Shown here in pieces: positions 1 through 22,969 of a DNA stretch of 64,000 bases. How positions within the stretch are numbered: position 1 is the stretch's first letter; every line of letters starts with the position of its first letter. The DNA is from the human T2T-CHM13v2.0 reference genome, Homo sapiens, in the NCBI RefSeq assembly GCF_009914755.1, contig NC_060925.1, one strand, 5' to 3'. The notes under the pieces are model-generated. The model was not told the origin of the DNA. It did no database searches and was given only the letters and a program-made list of their open reading frames with translations. A program made the position numbers and the translations under genes.

Positions 1-7
1 CCAGCTA

Positions 8-6212
<6,205 letters not shown>

Positions 6213-6658
6213 TTACCATTTTTACCTTACCCTCATAAAGTTTCTATTTTATGTATGTTTTAAAACATATGTTAGTATAGTAGTATATGTTTATAATTAT
6301 TTAAAAATAAATTGAGATACATGGCCAACACATTTTTACTGATGGGAATGTGTGTTTTAAAAAGTTTGAAGACCACTAATCTATACTATTATCAGAATTA
6401 CATTTTAAAAATAGAAATCTGGACTCAGTACTTCCCTACTTAAAAGCCTTTAATTATTTCCTGTTGCTAACAGGATAAAGACCAGTCTGCTTAGCATTGT
6501 TTACAAGGACCCTTTCAAATTAGTCTATCTAAATCAGAGCTTCTCAAACTATCAGTGGTGAAAGATCAGGCTCCCCACTCTATAATCTTTCAAGAACTGA
6601 TATTTTTGTAAAATACGTTATTAGAAAAAATGAAATTTTCAAAAGACATACAAAATAA

Positions 6659-6892
<234 letters not shown>

Positions 6893-7195
6893 TGATCCAC
6901 CCACCTTGGCCTTCCAAACTGCTGGGATTGCAGGCGTGAGCCACCGCACCTGGCCACCAAGTTTTTTATTACTAAATGTAAGACATTTTACTCTGCCATA
7001 TTGCAGGAAAGTTTCTAAATGTTCATTCCCAATTTCGATACTTGTGCCTTTATGGGCCAAGCATCAGTTTGCAGTCTATACTTGGAGTAACTGTGGTCTT
7101 TTTTCCCCTTTCTGCTACTTCTGGAGATCTTATATTAGGTTATTAAAAGCTAGTTATTGTTTTCACAGAAAGTCACGCATTTTTGCACCTGTATG

Positions 7196-7388
7196 CAGTG
7201 GTTCTTCAGTTGTGGTGTCTGGTCTAGGAGCATCACAGGGTCACAGGAGAGAACTTGCTAGAAATGCAGATTTTCAGGGCCCACCTCAGACCTACTGAAT
7301 CAGTAACTCTGAGAGCGGGACTCTGCAATTTGTGTTTTAACAAGCCCTACAGGTGATTCTGATGCATGCTAAAGTTTGAGAACCACTA
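7196..7388 (+). mobile_element. MER5A (hAT-Charlie MITE)
   Basis: Terminal inverted repeats cagtggttct.../...aaagtttgagaaccact. The internal gaaatgcaga...cagacctactgaatcag and tgtgttttaacaagccc...aggtgattctgatgca segments match the MER5A consensus. Confidence 0.9.
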
Positions 7389-7415
7389 ACCTAGGGTAGC
7401 CTTATATATTGCTAA

Positions 7416-7661
<246 letters not shown>

Positions 7662-7963
7662 TGAACTCCTGACCTTGTGATCCACCTGCCTCCCAAAATG
7701 CTGGGATTATAGGCATGAACCACCATGCCTGGCCTGTTTTTTAAATTTACAATGAGAGTTTTCTGTTGTGTTCTCATTCCAGTATTCCTAAACTTTGTAG
7801 GTAGGATTAGTCACTCTTTATGATTTCTCTTAGCACGTGGTACATACCTCTGCTCTGCTATTGTGTGTATATGCCTTATAGTGTAATTATCCCACTGTGT
7901 AGCTTGCAGACTGTCATGGCCATCGTTTTTGTGTCACTTTTACTTTTTTTTTTTTTTTTTTGA

Positions 7964-8059
<96 letters not shown>

Positions 8060-9231
8060 TGAGTAGATGGGACACAGGCGTGTGTTAACAGGCCTGGCTA
8101 ATTTTTAAAATTTTTTGTAGAGACTGGGTCTCACTATGTTGTCCAGGCTGGTCTTGAAATCCTGGGCTCAAGCAATTCTTGAACCTTGGCTTCCTAAAAT
8201 GCTGAGATTACAGGTGTGAGCCACTGCATTGGGCCCTATTTTTCATTATTTTTATTTTTGTTTTTTGAGACAGGGTCTCATGCTGTCACCCAGGCTGGAG
8301 TGCAGTGGTGCTATCTCGGCTCACTGCAGCCTCAACCTTCCTGAGCCCAGGTGAGCCTACCACTTTAGCCCTCTGAGTAGCTGGGACTACAGGCGTGCAC
8401 CATCACACCCAGCTAATTTTTGTGTTTTATGTAGATACAGGGCTTTGCCATGTTATCCAGGCTGGTTTCAGACTCCTGGGCTCAAGCAACCCACCTGCCT
8501 TGGTCTCCTAAAGTGCTAGGTTTAGAGGCATGAGCCACTATGCCTGGCTCCCTAGTTTTTAAATTATAAAATTAATACCTGCAGCATTTAAAGTTGTAAA
8601 ATGAAAAGTTTAATTTTTAAATCTCTCCATCCTCATGTCTACTTTCTAGTAGTAGTCTCTGTTACTACATTGACTATCTTTCTAAATCTCTTTTTTTTGA
8701 TATGTATGTCTAGCTATGTTGACCATGCTGATGTTGAACTCCTGGGCTCAAGTGATCCTCCCACCTCAGCCTCCTGAGTAGCTGGGATTACAGGCACATG
8801 CCAGCATGCTTGGCTTAACTCTTCTTCTAGAAACCTACACACACACATTTTTTTTTCTTACAAACGTGAAAATAATGCACTCATTCTGAAACTCTGTTTT
8901 CCTCATTCAGTTGTGCATATTGGATTAACTTCTCTGTGTTAATGCAAAGGGTTGGATTGTCAAAGCATCTTCATCTGAATGTGAAATCTTACCCAACTCC
9001 AAACCTTACTCATGATTCAGAGGTTACAGGCAGAAGCCGCAGACACAGATGAGCATTCCTTCTTGGAGGAGCCCCCAGCCAGCAGGCACAGCTTCCAAAG
9101 AATTTCACTTTCTTCTACATTGGGACATATTATCAACATACTGAAAATAGTTACATATGACTGATATGAAGTCACTTCTACATGTATTTATGATAAACTT
9201 ACTGTAGTTTTTTTTGTTTGTTTTTTCTTGA

Positions 9232-9577
<346 letters not shown>

Positions 9578-9985
9578 TTAACAAATGTTTTTCCTAAAGA
9601 AAGCCTTTTCTGTTGTGGGAATCTCTAGTTTTTGTTGTTGTTGTTTTTTAAAGAGTCAGTGTCTCACAGGCTGGAGTACAGTGGCATAATCATAGCTCAC
9701 TATAGCCTCAAACTCCTGGGCTCAAGCAACCCTCTGGCCTCAGCCTCCAAAGCCACTGAACCTGCCAAGGGGAATCTCTAGTTACACAAATAGAAAATGC
9801 CTGTGATTTTCTCCTGTTTTCCAGCTAGCCATGCCCCAGACATCCATAAATTCTCAGATTATTTACAGAAGGCAATTAAGGGAGACCAGATATATCCTGA
9901 TATTTTAAAATAAGAGACCATTTCTTATCTATTACAAACCTTTATCATGTTTGCTAGGAAGTCAGCTGTCATGCAGGGAATCCCC

Positions 9986-10182
9986 CAAGCTTGTCCAACC
10001 CAGGACGGCTTTGAATGCAGCCTGACACAAATTCATAAACTTTCTTAAAACATGATGAGATTTTTTTGCAATTTTTTTTAAAGCTCATCAGCTATCATTA
10101 GTGTTAGTGTATTTTATGTGTGGCCCAAACAATCCTCCTCTTCCAATGTGGCCCAGGGAAGCCAAAAGATTGGACACCCCTG
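9986..10182 (-). mobile_element. MER30 (hAT-Charlie MITE)
   Basis: caagcttgtccaacc ... ccaatgtggcccagggaagccaaaagattggacacccctg is the reverse complement of the MER30 ends. Confidence 0.88.
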
Positions 10183-10456
10183 TGGCTGAAGGAGTGAGCC
10201 ACAGGCTTGCTGTTAACCCTTTCCCCCTCATCCCCTTTTCAGTACATTCAGACCTATTTCATCATTTTAATTGCTTTTTTTTTTTTTTTTTTGAGACAAA
10301 GTCTTGCTTTGTCACCCAGGCTGGAGTGCAGTGGCACGATCCCGGCTCACTGAAACCTCCACCTCCTGCGTTCAAGTGATTCTCTTGCCTCAGCCTCCCA
10401 AGTAGCTGGGATTATAGGCATCTGCCACCACGCCCAGCAAATTTTTGTGTTTTTAG

Positions 10457-10582
<126 letters not shown>

Positions 10583-11452
10583 TGATAATTTACTTTTTCC
10601 AGGAGTTTTGCTATTAAAAATGTGGTAAATACCCTTGCACACACATCTTTGTCCCCCTTTGCCAGTTTTTCTTTCAGAGTGACACTCAGAAGTAAAAATT
10701 GTACACTCTTAGGACAACTTAGCAGTGTCAGTATACATTGTGTAAATTTTTATTTCCACCTATTTTTTCATGACATTTGGAGTATAAACTATTATTAATC
10801 TCTAATAAATCAATAAATGTCAGTTGAGATTTGGCAGTAAAAAAATGTCATCTTATTGTTTTAGTTTGCATTCTTCGATTTAGAGAGGTTGATGTGTTAA
10901 TGACCAGCAGGCCGCTCTTGTCAATCCTGTTGGGCTGTATGCTGCTATATGAGAGTACAGTGCTGTCATGACTGCCCTTTTGTTATTCACAGTTACCTGT
11001 CACTGGGTAGTTGTAAGAGTTGTACAGTTGAGATGCTGAGCACATCAGAAGTGTTTTTTTGATGCTCTATTCAGCACTTCTTTTGGTATTCCCATTGAAT
11101 CCAGTGAACATTTGGATGGAATACTTAGACCTTTTATCAATGTCAATGGCATCCGTTATTGGTTTTCAATATGTTTTTTTGCTTAATGATCTTGAATTAG
11201 AAGATAAAGATGTCATTCAGCCACCATATCCAGGTTGATGTAAGAAAATTTTGATTGTATAATACTTGTATTTCTTTGATGGTTCATTACAAGTGTGTAT
11301 CACTAGTAAAAATGATCACTGAAAATGTCTCATTTTGGTCATAGCAAAGGGTTTTGCTAGCCTTTTGAGTTTTTAATTACGTTACATTTTAGATTAATTT
11401 CATCAAATCACTGGAATTAAGAAAACATTATCCATAGAGAATGCCACTTTGA

Positions 11453-11641
<189 letters not shown>

Positions 11642-12139
11642 TAATTTTTGTATTTTTATTAGAGACGGGGTTTCTCTGTGTTGGCCAGGCTGGTCTCGAA
11701 TTCCTGACCTCAGGTGATCCACCCACCTCGATCTCTCCAAGTGTGGGATTACAGGTGTGAGCCGTGGCGCCCAGCCTGGGTGGTTTCTTTCAAGCTGTAG
11801 ATGACTAGTAAGAGTCTGAGATCATTTGTACAGCTTGGGAATTTTTCTTTTATTTTTTGTTGAGATGGGGTCTCCCTTTGTCACCCAGGCTGGAGTGCAG
11901 TGGCATGATCATGGCTCACTGTAACCTCAACCTCCTGGGCTCAAGCGATCCTCTCACCTCAGTCTCCAGTGTAGCTGGGATTACAGGTACAAGCCACCAC
12001 ACCAGCTAATTTTTTTGTTTTTGTAGAGATGAGGTTTCACTTTGTTGCACAGGCTGGTCTCAAACTCCTGGATTCAAGTGATCCTTCTGCCTTGGCCTCC
12101 TAAAGTACTGGGATCACAGTGAGCCACTGCTCCTGGCCT

Positions 12140-13610
<1,471 letters not shown>

Positions 13611-13757
13611 CTGAGTGGAGCCTTGATAAAGAATGTTCTTGAGGTTTTCCTTAATTTTTCTACAGGATTGTAGCCATATACAATTGAAATTCATCTTTTA
13701 TATTGTTAAATTTTTTCTTTAGGTGTCTTTAAGAGTGATTGAAGAGAATAATTCAAA

Positions 13758-13779
13758 ATGCCTGAAAATCCTGCTACAG
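13758..13779 (+). CDS. PATJ: PATJ coding exon 1 (exon 13723-13779 with 35 nt 5'UTR), MPENPAT(D)
   Basis: Acceptor ttttttctttag at 13722. ATG has A at -3 and in-frame upstream stops TGA and TAA in the same exon. Donor G|gtatac. Confidence 0.95.
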
Positions 13780-13877
13780 GTATACTGGATATATTGTTCT
13801 ATAATTAAATTAATTATTTAAAAATGGAATCTCAAATGGGACTTAACTATTACTCTACTTATTCATCTTGACCCAAG

Positions 13878-14044
13878 ATAAACTGCAGGTGCTGCAGGTA
13901 CTTGATCGCCTGAAAATGAAATTGCAGGAGAAGGGTGACACGTCGCAGAATGAGAAGTTATCTATGTTTTATGAGACACTAAAGAGTCCTCTCTTCAACC
14001 AGATACTCACACTTCAGCAGTCCATCAAGCAACTGAAGGGTCAA
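13878..14044 (+). CDS. PATJ: PATJ coding exon 2, L27 domain (DKLQVLQ...QLKGQ)
   Basis: Acceptor acccaag|AT, donor CAA|gtaagt, 167 nt; overlaps track ORF 13868..14086. Confidence 0.97.
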
Positions 14045-14228
14045 GTAAGTTACCCATCAGAGTTTTACATTAATATATTATATTAATATATTCAAACCAT
14101 CAAAGAAAGATAGAGGAGATAGACAAAGACAAATTATCTTTAAGGACTCAGTTCAGCAAAGAGACTGTATTGGGACCTGTAACCTATAACCTGTGGGTAG
14201 CATTGGCATAGATAATTTAGAAATATCA

Positions 14229-14426
<198 letters not shown>

Positions 14427-14522
14427 TTAGAATATGGTTTTTGTACTTATTTAAGTATGTAAAGGTCAGATGCTTTGAGAATTCTCAACATCTTCAAAAC
14501 TATAAAATAGTGCTTAACTTAA

Positions 14523-14693
<171 letters not shown>

Positions 14694-14962
14694 TAAAAAT
14701 TTTATAGAGGCAGGGTCTCCCTATGTTGCCCAGGCTGGTCTCAAACTATTGGCCTCAAGCAGTCCTCCTACCTCAGCCTTCCAAAGTGCTGGGATTATAG
14801 GCATGAGCCACCTTGCCCAGGCGTATTTTCCTTATGAAGTCTTTTTTTGTGTGTGTGTGTGGTCTTTTTTTTTTTGTGTGTGTGTTATTATTATTATTTT
14901 TTTTAGTAGAGACGGGGTTTCACTGTGTTAGCCAGGATGGTCTGTATCTCCTGACCTTGTGA

Positions 14963-15067
<105 letters not shown>

Positions 15068-15927
15068 TAGTCACACTTCTCTTAATTATCAAATATTTGT
15101 TGTCTTTCATGCGTATTCTGATTAGAAGTTCCTTGGAAGCAGAATACCTGGTATTTAAATATATAGTTATGTTTCTTCTACTCATTTACCACACTATCTG
15201 GATTCTTCAGGCTCTAATACATCATTATTGAATAAGGGACACATATCACCTCTTCTTAGAGGGGTGCAAATTAGCAGTTGTGGGATTTTTTTTTTTTTGG
15301 TGCTGAGATTGAACCAGAAATTAATTGTTTTAACTGTCCTCTTGGATTCTTTGTTTTGGGGTCAGGGATGGCAAATTACTTTTAAATCACCTATTCTGGA
15401 AGCTGAACTTGAATAGTAGCTATACCATAGATGAAATTTGGGCAGAATTTAAAACATAATTGGAGCTAATTTAGCACAGTTAAGTGAAAATTTACAAAAT
15501 TTGGGAAAAAATGGTTTTTGCTGATAAACTAAAATGCTTGCCCATTAAGTATTTTGTGAGTGATTTGTTTATAGCCAATTAAGGATTAAATTCTACATGT
15601 GTCTTTCTGTGAATTGCTTTCTTTAGACCAGAATTTATACCCTAATTTTAGCACTGCCTATATTGATGTTTAGCTTTCTGTATTTCTCTTGGTCACAGAA
15701 TATCACAATAGTGAATGCTGTTGGTAGCAACTGAAATTGGCAAAGATCAGCAGAAATCTATCACACTTGTTGGACTAAGAGTGGCTGTAACTACCCTATC
15801 CTAATAACAATTCTTTATATTTGTATAGTTTGGAGTTGTTATGTACACAGTCATATTTTATGCATTGGACTGTATAATCCCTGTAGCCAGGGGTTTTTTA
15901 TTTTTTCTTTGAGGTTTTATTGACATT

Positions 15928-15929
<2 letters not shown>

Positions 15930-15967
<38 letters not shown>
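15930..15967. repeat. Poly-T run (38 nt), tail of an antisense Alu
   Basis: Uninterrupted T38. Confidence 0.95.
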
Positions 15968-15968
<1 letters not shown>

Positions 15969-16228
15969 AGGCAGAGTATTTGCCTGGGCTAGAGTACAGT
16001 GGTGTGATTATGGATCATTGTAGCCTCAACCTCCTGGGCTCAAGCAATCCTCCCACTTCATCCTCCCAAGTAGCTGGGCCTACAGGCATGTGACACCATG
16101 CCCAGCTAATTTTTGTATTTTTTGTTGAGACAAGAGTCTCACTATGTTGCCCAGGCTGGTCTTGAACTCCTGGCCCTGAAGCAGTCCTCCCACCTTGATC
16201 TCCCAAAGTGCTGGGATTACAGGTGTGA

Positions 16229-16519
<291 letters not shown>

Positions 16520-16574
16520 TAAATTATGTCCACCATAATTACATGATTCTCCTCTTTCTATCAATGTTTAAGTG

Positions 16575-16760
16575 GCTCCGTGACTCACTGCTAATCTTGA
16601 GTAAGTTACTTAACCCCTGTGTGCCTCGGTTTTTAGGCTCACAAAATGGGATAATGATATCTCATTAGATTGTTGTAAGAATTAAATGATAATACCTGCA
16701 ATCATGCTGGTATAGTACTTACTCATAGCAAGCACTCAATAAGTACAGTTATTATCATTA
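16575..16760 (+). mobile_element. MIR SINE (similar MIR remnants at ~20400-20630, 21240-21430, 23560-23790, 36300-36480, 39280-39470, 61810-62075)
   Basis: MIR core: cttgagtaagttacttaacccctgtgtgcctcggttt...aaaatgggataat...aagcactcaataa. Confidence 0.7.
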
Positions 16761-17149
16761 TATACTACCTGTGGATCTTTTGTTGCTCCCCACGTGGAAT
16801 TGTACAGATAAATGGAAAAAGGTTTAGTGCCTTACACTGTTATGTGACTGGATGCATCTGTATATGTGAAGTGTAAAAAGATGTCAGTGTACATGCTGTT
16901 AACTTGGACTAGTGGTAGAAGGCAGGAAATAAGAACAAATTTTAAGCTATTAAACATTTTGTGTAATACTAAATTTAAAAAATTTTTAGCCTTGTGAATA
17001 CACAGATTTGATCTATCTTTACCTTATTTCTTTTCCATGTATATATTTAATGTGCAAAGTATCTATGTAATGGTCAAAATATATTTAATAAATAGAAACA
17101 ATTTTTCTATAGATTTCTGTTGATGATTCTTTTTTTTTCTCTCCAACAG

Positions 17150-17344
17150 CTCAACCATATACCCTCAGATTGTTCAGCCAACTTTGATTTTTCTAGGAAA
17201 GGTTTGTTAGTGTTCACAGATGGTTCCATTACTAATGGAAATGTCCACAGGCCCTCTAATAACTCGACTGTATCTGGGTTATTTCCGTGGACCCCGAAGT
17301 TGGGAAATGAAGACTTTAACTCAGTCATTCAACAGATGGCTCAG
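17150..17344 (+). CDS. PATJ: PATJ coding exon 3 (LNHIPSD...QQMAQ)
   Basis: Acceptor ctccaacag, donor CAG|gtaaag, 195 nt, phase 0-0. Confidence 0.97.
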
Positions 17345-17668
17345 GTAAAGTTGTATCTTCTCATGGAAATATTTAGCTTCATTTCTCCTGTTTTAGTTTT
17401 ACAAAGGAGCTTATACTCATTCTTTTTGCTGTAAAATGTATTAGTATGTATTTTGCTTGCTTCTATTTTTATATTGTTAGGAGAAACTGACACCATTTTC
17501 TAACCTGTGTGTTGAAAATTTATTGACTTAAAATTACATAAGGAAAGTATCCATGTATGTGGTAAGGAGAGCTTTTTAAAAAAAAATTAACATTTATTTT
17601 TTGAGATAAGGTCTTGCTAAGGAGAGTTTTTAGACAATGACTAATTGAACACATCTCTATTCTTGTTA

Positions 17669-17989
<321 letters not shown>

Positions 17990-18509
17990 CTAGAAAACAT
18001 TTGGAAGGATAATCTGGTTGTAGCCCCTAATACCTATTAAAAATTAAATAATAAACAATTAAAATTTTGGACATGTTAGTTTTATGTATGTTCACCTCGA
18101 CCTTCAAGTGCCATTAAAAATGAAATGAAGTTTGAATGTGGTAGCTTATATCTATAATCTTTGGGAGGCAGAGGCAGGAGGATTGCTTGAAGCCAGGAGT
18201 TCAAGACCAGCCTGGGCAATGTAGGGAGACCCCCATCTCTACAAAAATAAAAATAAAAATATAGTCGGGCATGGTGGCACTCACCTGTAGCTCCAGGTAC
18301 CTAGGAGGCTGATGTTGGCAGATCACTTGAGCCCAGAAATTCAAAGCTGTAGTGAGCTATGATCGTACCACTGTACTTCAGCCTGGGTGACAGAGCCAAG
18401 ACCTGTCTCTTAAAAAATAAATAAATAAATAGACAAACTTAAGTTGCAGTGTTAAATAGAATCTGTTTAAGGTGTGATAATTAAATAATATTCTGGTCCT
18501 AGTTTTTGA

Positions 18510-18771
<262 letters not shown>

Positions 18772-19122
18772 TGACCTCGTGATCCTCCCGCCTCGGCCTC
18801 TCAAAGTGCTGGGATTACAGGCATGAGCCATTGCGCCGGGCCAGTTCTATCTCTTTCATCTGACTAGTAATTATTTTTATGTGGTGCTTTTTTTAGTTGA
18901 TTACATTTATGAAGTTCTCATAAGTGCAGTTACTAACTAAAGCAATAAAATACCTGGCTGTCACAAGAACAGTTCTACCTGTTCTTACAGGTAGAACCCG
19001 TGTAAATGGTGGCCTTTTCAGAGTCTTTTGAATTTACCTAATAAATAGAATATCAATTGGGCTGCGCATGGTGACTCACGCCTGTAATCCCAGCACTTTG
19101 GGAGGCCAAGGCAGGCGGATCA

Positions 19123-19377
<255 letters not shown>

Positions 19378-19437
19378 TTAATCAACAATAGAATTAAAAA
19401 CAGAGCCCTATAAAATGCAGCTGGTTCTGACAGGCTA

Positions 19438-19815
<378 letters not shown>

Positions 19816-20154
19816 TTAAGGAAATTCAATGTAAAAAAGTAATTCAGAATTTACTATGGGAAAAGGCATTTTTCTCAGGAGTTTCCATCCAGCTTGGAAT
19901 TCATCTCATAATGTGAATGAAGTGTGAAAATACCTCTGATTCCCTGAGGTTGCAGAACACTGCACACACTCTCTCTTACGTTCTACTGAAATAATCAGGT
20001 GAGAGGATTTCCAGAAATAATTTATTACTGAAATGCTGAGTTTATGTGGTTCTTAGGGGAAGCTGCTTTTATGCTAAGCAATTTCAGTTCTGCAGACAGA
20101 GTATGTTGGCTAAATGTACACCATTGACTTTTTTTTTTAACGCTCCTTCATTAG

Positions 20155-20294
20155 GGCCGGCAAATTGAATATATAGATATAGAACGGCCTTCAACTGGAG
20201 GCCTTGGATTCAGTGTGGTGGCCCTCAGAAGTCAAAATCTCGGAAAAGTTGATATCTTCGTGAAGGATGTCCAGCCAGGGAGTGTAGCAGACAG
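20155..20294 (+). CDS. PATJ: PATJ coding exon 4, PDZ1 N-half (GRQIEY...GGLGFSV...VADR)
   Basis: Acceptor cattag, GLGF carboxylate-binding loop, donor AG|gtgagg, 140 nt. Confidence 0.97.
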
Positions 20295-21450
20295 GTGAGG
20301 AAGCTGTTTATTTTCATTTTGCTAATTGTTTCCTGATAATTCTGAAAACTATTATAAAGAGAGTGAAAAACTAGTAATAAAAACAGTAACAGTAACAGCT
20401 AACATTTTTGCTTTCGTTTTTGCTATGCATTTGTCAGGCCTTTTGCGAAAATCCTATACCCCATGGCAGCAGTTCCACTATATAGGTATCATCATTCCAT
20501 TCTGTAGATGAGAAAGCTGAGATTCAGAGAGGTTCAGTGGTCAACCTATAGTCACAGAGCTGTTAATGCTGGAGCCATGATGTGATTCCAAGACCATCTG
20601 ACTGCAAAGCTAGTGCGCTATTTCCCTCTCTTACAACTGAACATGGTATTTTAGCTATGGACTGATCAGTAAGATAGGAATATTGAAGTTCTCATTCTGC
20701 ATATTATATTGTTTATTATTCTTAAGATTATAACAACATTTTGGTGGTCATGTTACTCTACCTGATTTATTATGCTTATTGTCAGTTAAGAGGCCCCTCA
20801 AGTCTATGTTATCTCCCATGTTTGCATTTGCTTTTATTTTTTAAGGGGTATTTGCAAGCCTTTTATTTTGTCTCTGTTTGATTTCCAGTCTTTGGTTTAT
20901 TATTCATTTAATAAGTATGCTATTCCAATGCACGTGTTAGAATAATAGCAACAATGGTAGTATATTATTATAAAATTCTTAGTTGATAATACATTTTTGA
21001 ATTCACATCCTCCATTCTTGGGGGATTAATTCTAGTCTCCCCAACTCAGATTTCAAACATAATGAGTTTCCGTGACTTTGCATCTTTGTTCTGCCATCTA
21101 ATGCAGCATTTCTTCAAGAACTGTAGTGAGAATGGGTAAACAGGAAGAGGAAGAATATCTGGTGTTTGGGAGATAATAAAATCAAATACAGTAAACCAGG
21201 ACAGAGTAAATCCTAGGCTATCTTTAGGATGCACTTTAACATAAGAAGTTCAAGCCTGTGCTTCAGAATCTGACTCCTGATAAGATGCTAGGCTTGTCTA
21301 GGCTTCAGTTCCTTAATATTTAAAATTTACTAAGTACTTTAAAAGGTGATTGTGAGGATTATGTGAGATAATGCATGTAAAGCACTCAACATAGTACCTG
21401 ACTCATGATAAGTGCTCAGTAAATACTATTTTTCTTTAGAGATTTTGCTA

Positions 21451-21801
<351 letters not shown>

Positions 21802-22302
21802 TCAGATATAAATTTGGAAGTAATCTCTATGAATTTTCAAGGAGGGTTTGGCCTCTATTGATAAATATTGGACAAGTAGACAGTGAAGATGGGGTGAGAG
21901 GAGGTTATTGGTGTAGTTGAGAATATTGTTACCCCAGTGTGGTATGGGTAGAGATCAGATTGGAAGGGGTTCGGGAGGTTTGGGTTCATGCAGTAATGGA
22001 GGCAGTGTCCATACTTGCAAAACCTTGGCGGTGGGGTCCTATAGATTGTTTTTGTTTATTTTTCTAGGCAGATAGCTTTTAAAGTGTGTCTGTGTGTTTA
22101 AGGATGCACTACCAAATTAGGTAATTAGTTAATAACTTCTGTGAAAAACACTCTGAAGAGCTCTGTTATATAATTAAATAATTTATTTGATAAATGTACT
22201 AAGTAAAGTAGTACCATAGGCAACAAACTGCTTAACTTTAATAGATTTTTAAAAATCAGGTTATTAGATCACTTAAAAAATTTCTTTTCTTACATGATTA
22301 AG

Positions 22303-22498
22303 GGATCAAAGATTAAAGGAAAATGATCAAATATTGGCCATTAATCACACGCCATTGGATCAGAACATTTCCCATCAGCAAGCAATTGCATTATTACAAC
22401 AAACCACTGGATCTTTGAGACTGATTGTGGCCAGGGAACCAGTCCACACAAAAAGCAGTACTTCTAGCAGCCTAAATGATACAACTCTGCCTGAAACA
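22303..22498 (+). CDS. PATJ: PATJ coding exon 5, PDZ1 C-half ([14 protein letters not shown]...LPET)
   Basis: Acceptor gattaag, donor ACA|gtgagt, 196 nt. Confidence 0.97.
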
Positions 22499-22610
22499 GT
22501 GAGTTGCAAATTTGAAAAAATACTTAATTTTGAATAATGCCATTGATCGTAAGAAGTGTAAAGACATTTAGAAGGTGTCATTTTACCTTTCTTTCCTTTT
22601 TTTTTTTTGA

Positions 22611-22969
<359 letters not shown>

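Noticed and set aside
11034-11080. Imperfect hairpin as a miRNA or snoRNA precursor
   Set aside because: The stem is short and bulged, with no C/D or H/ACA box arrangement and no family I recognise.
13780-13877. U12-type (minor) intron
   Set aside because: The donor is gtatactg, not GTATCCTT, and there is no properly placed TCCTTAAC branch point.
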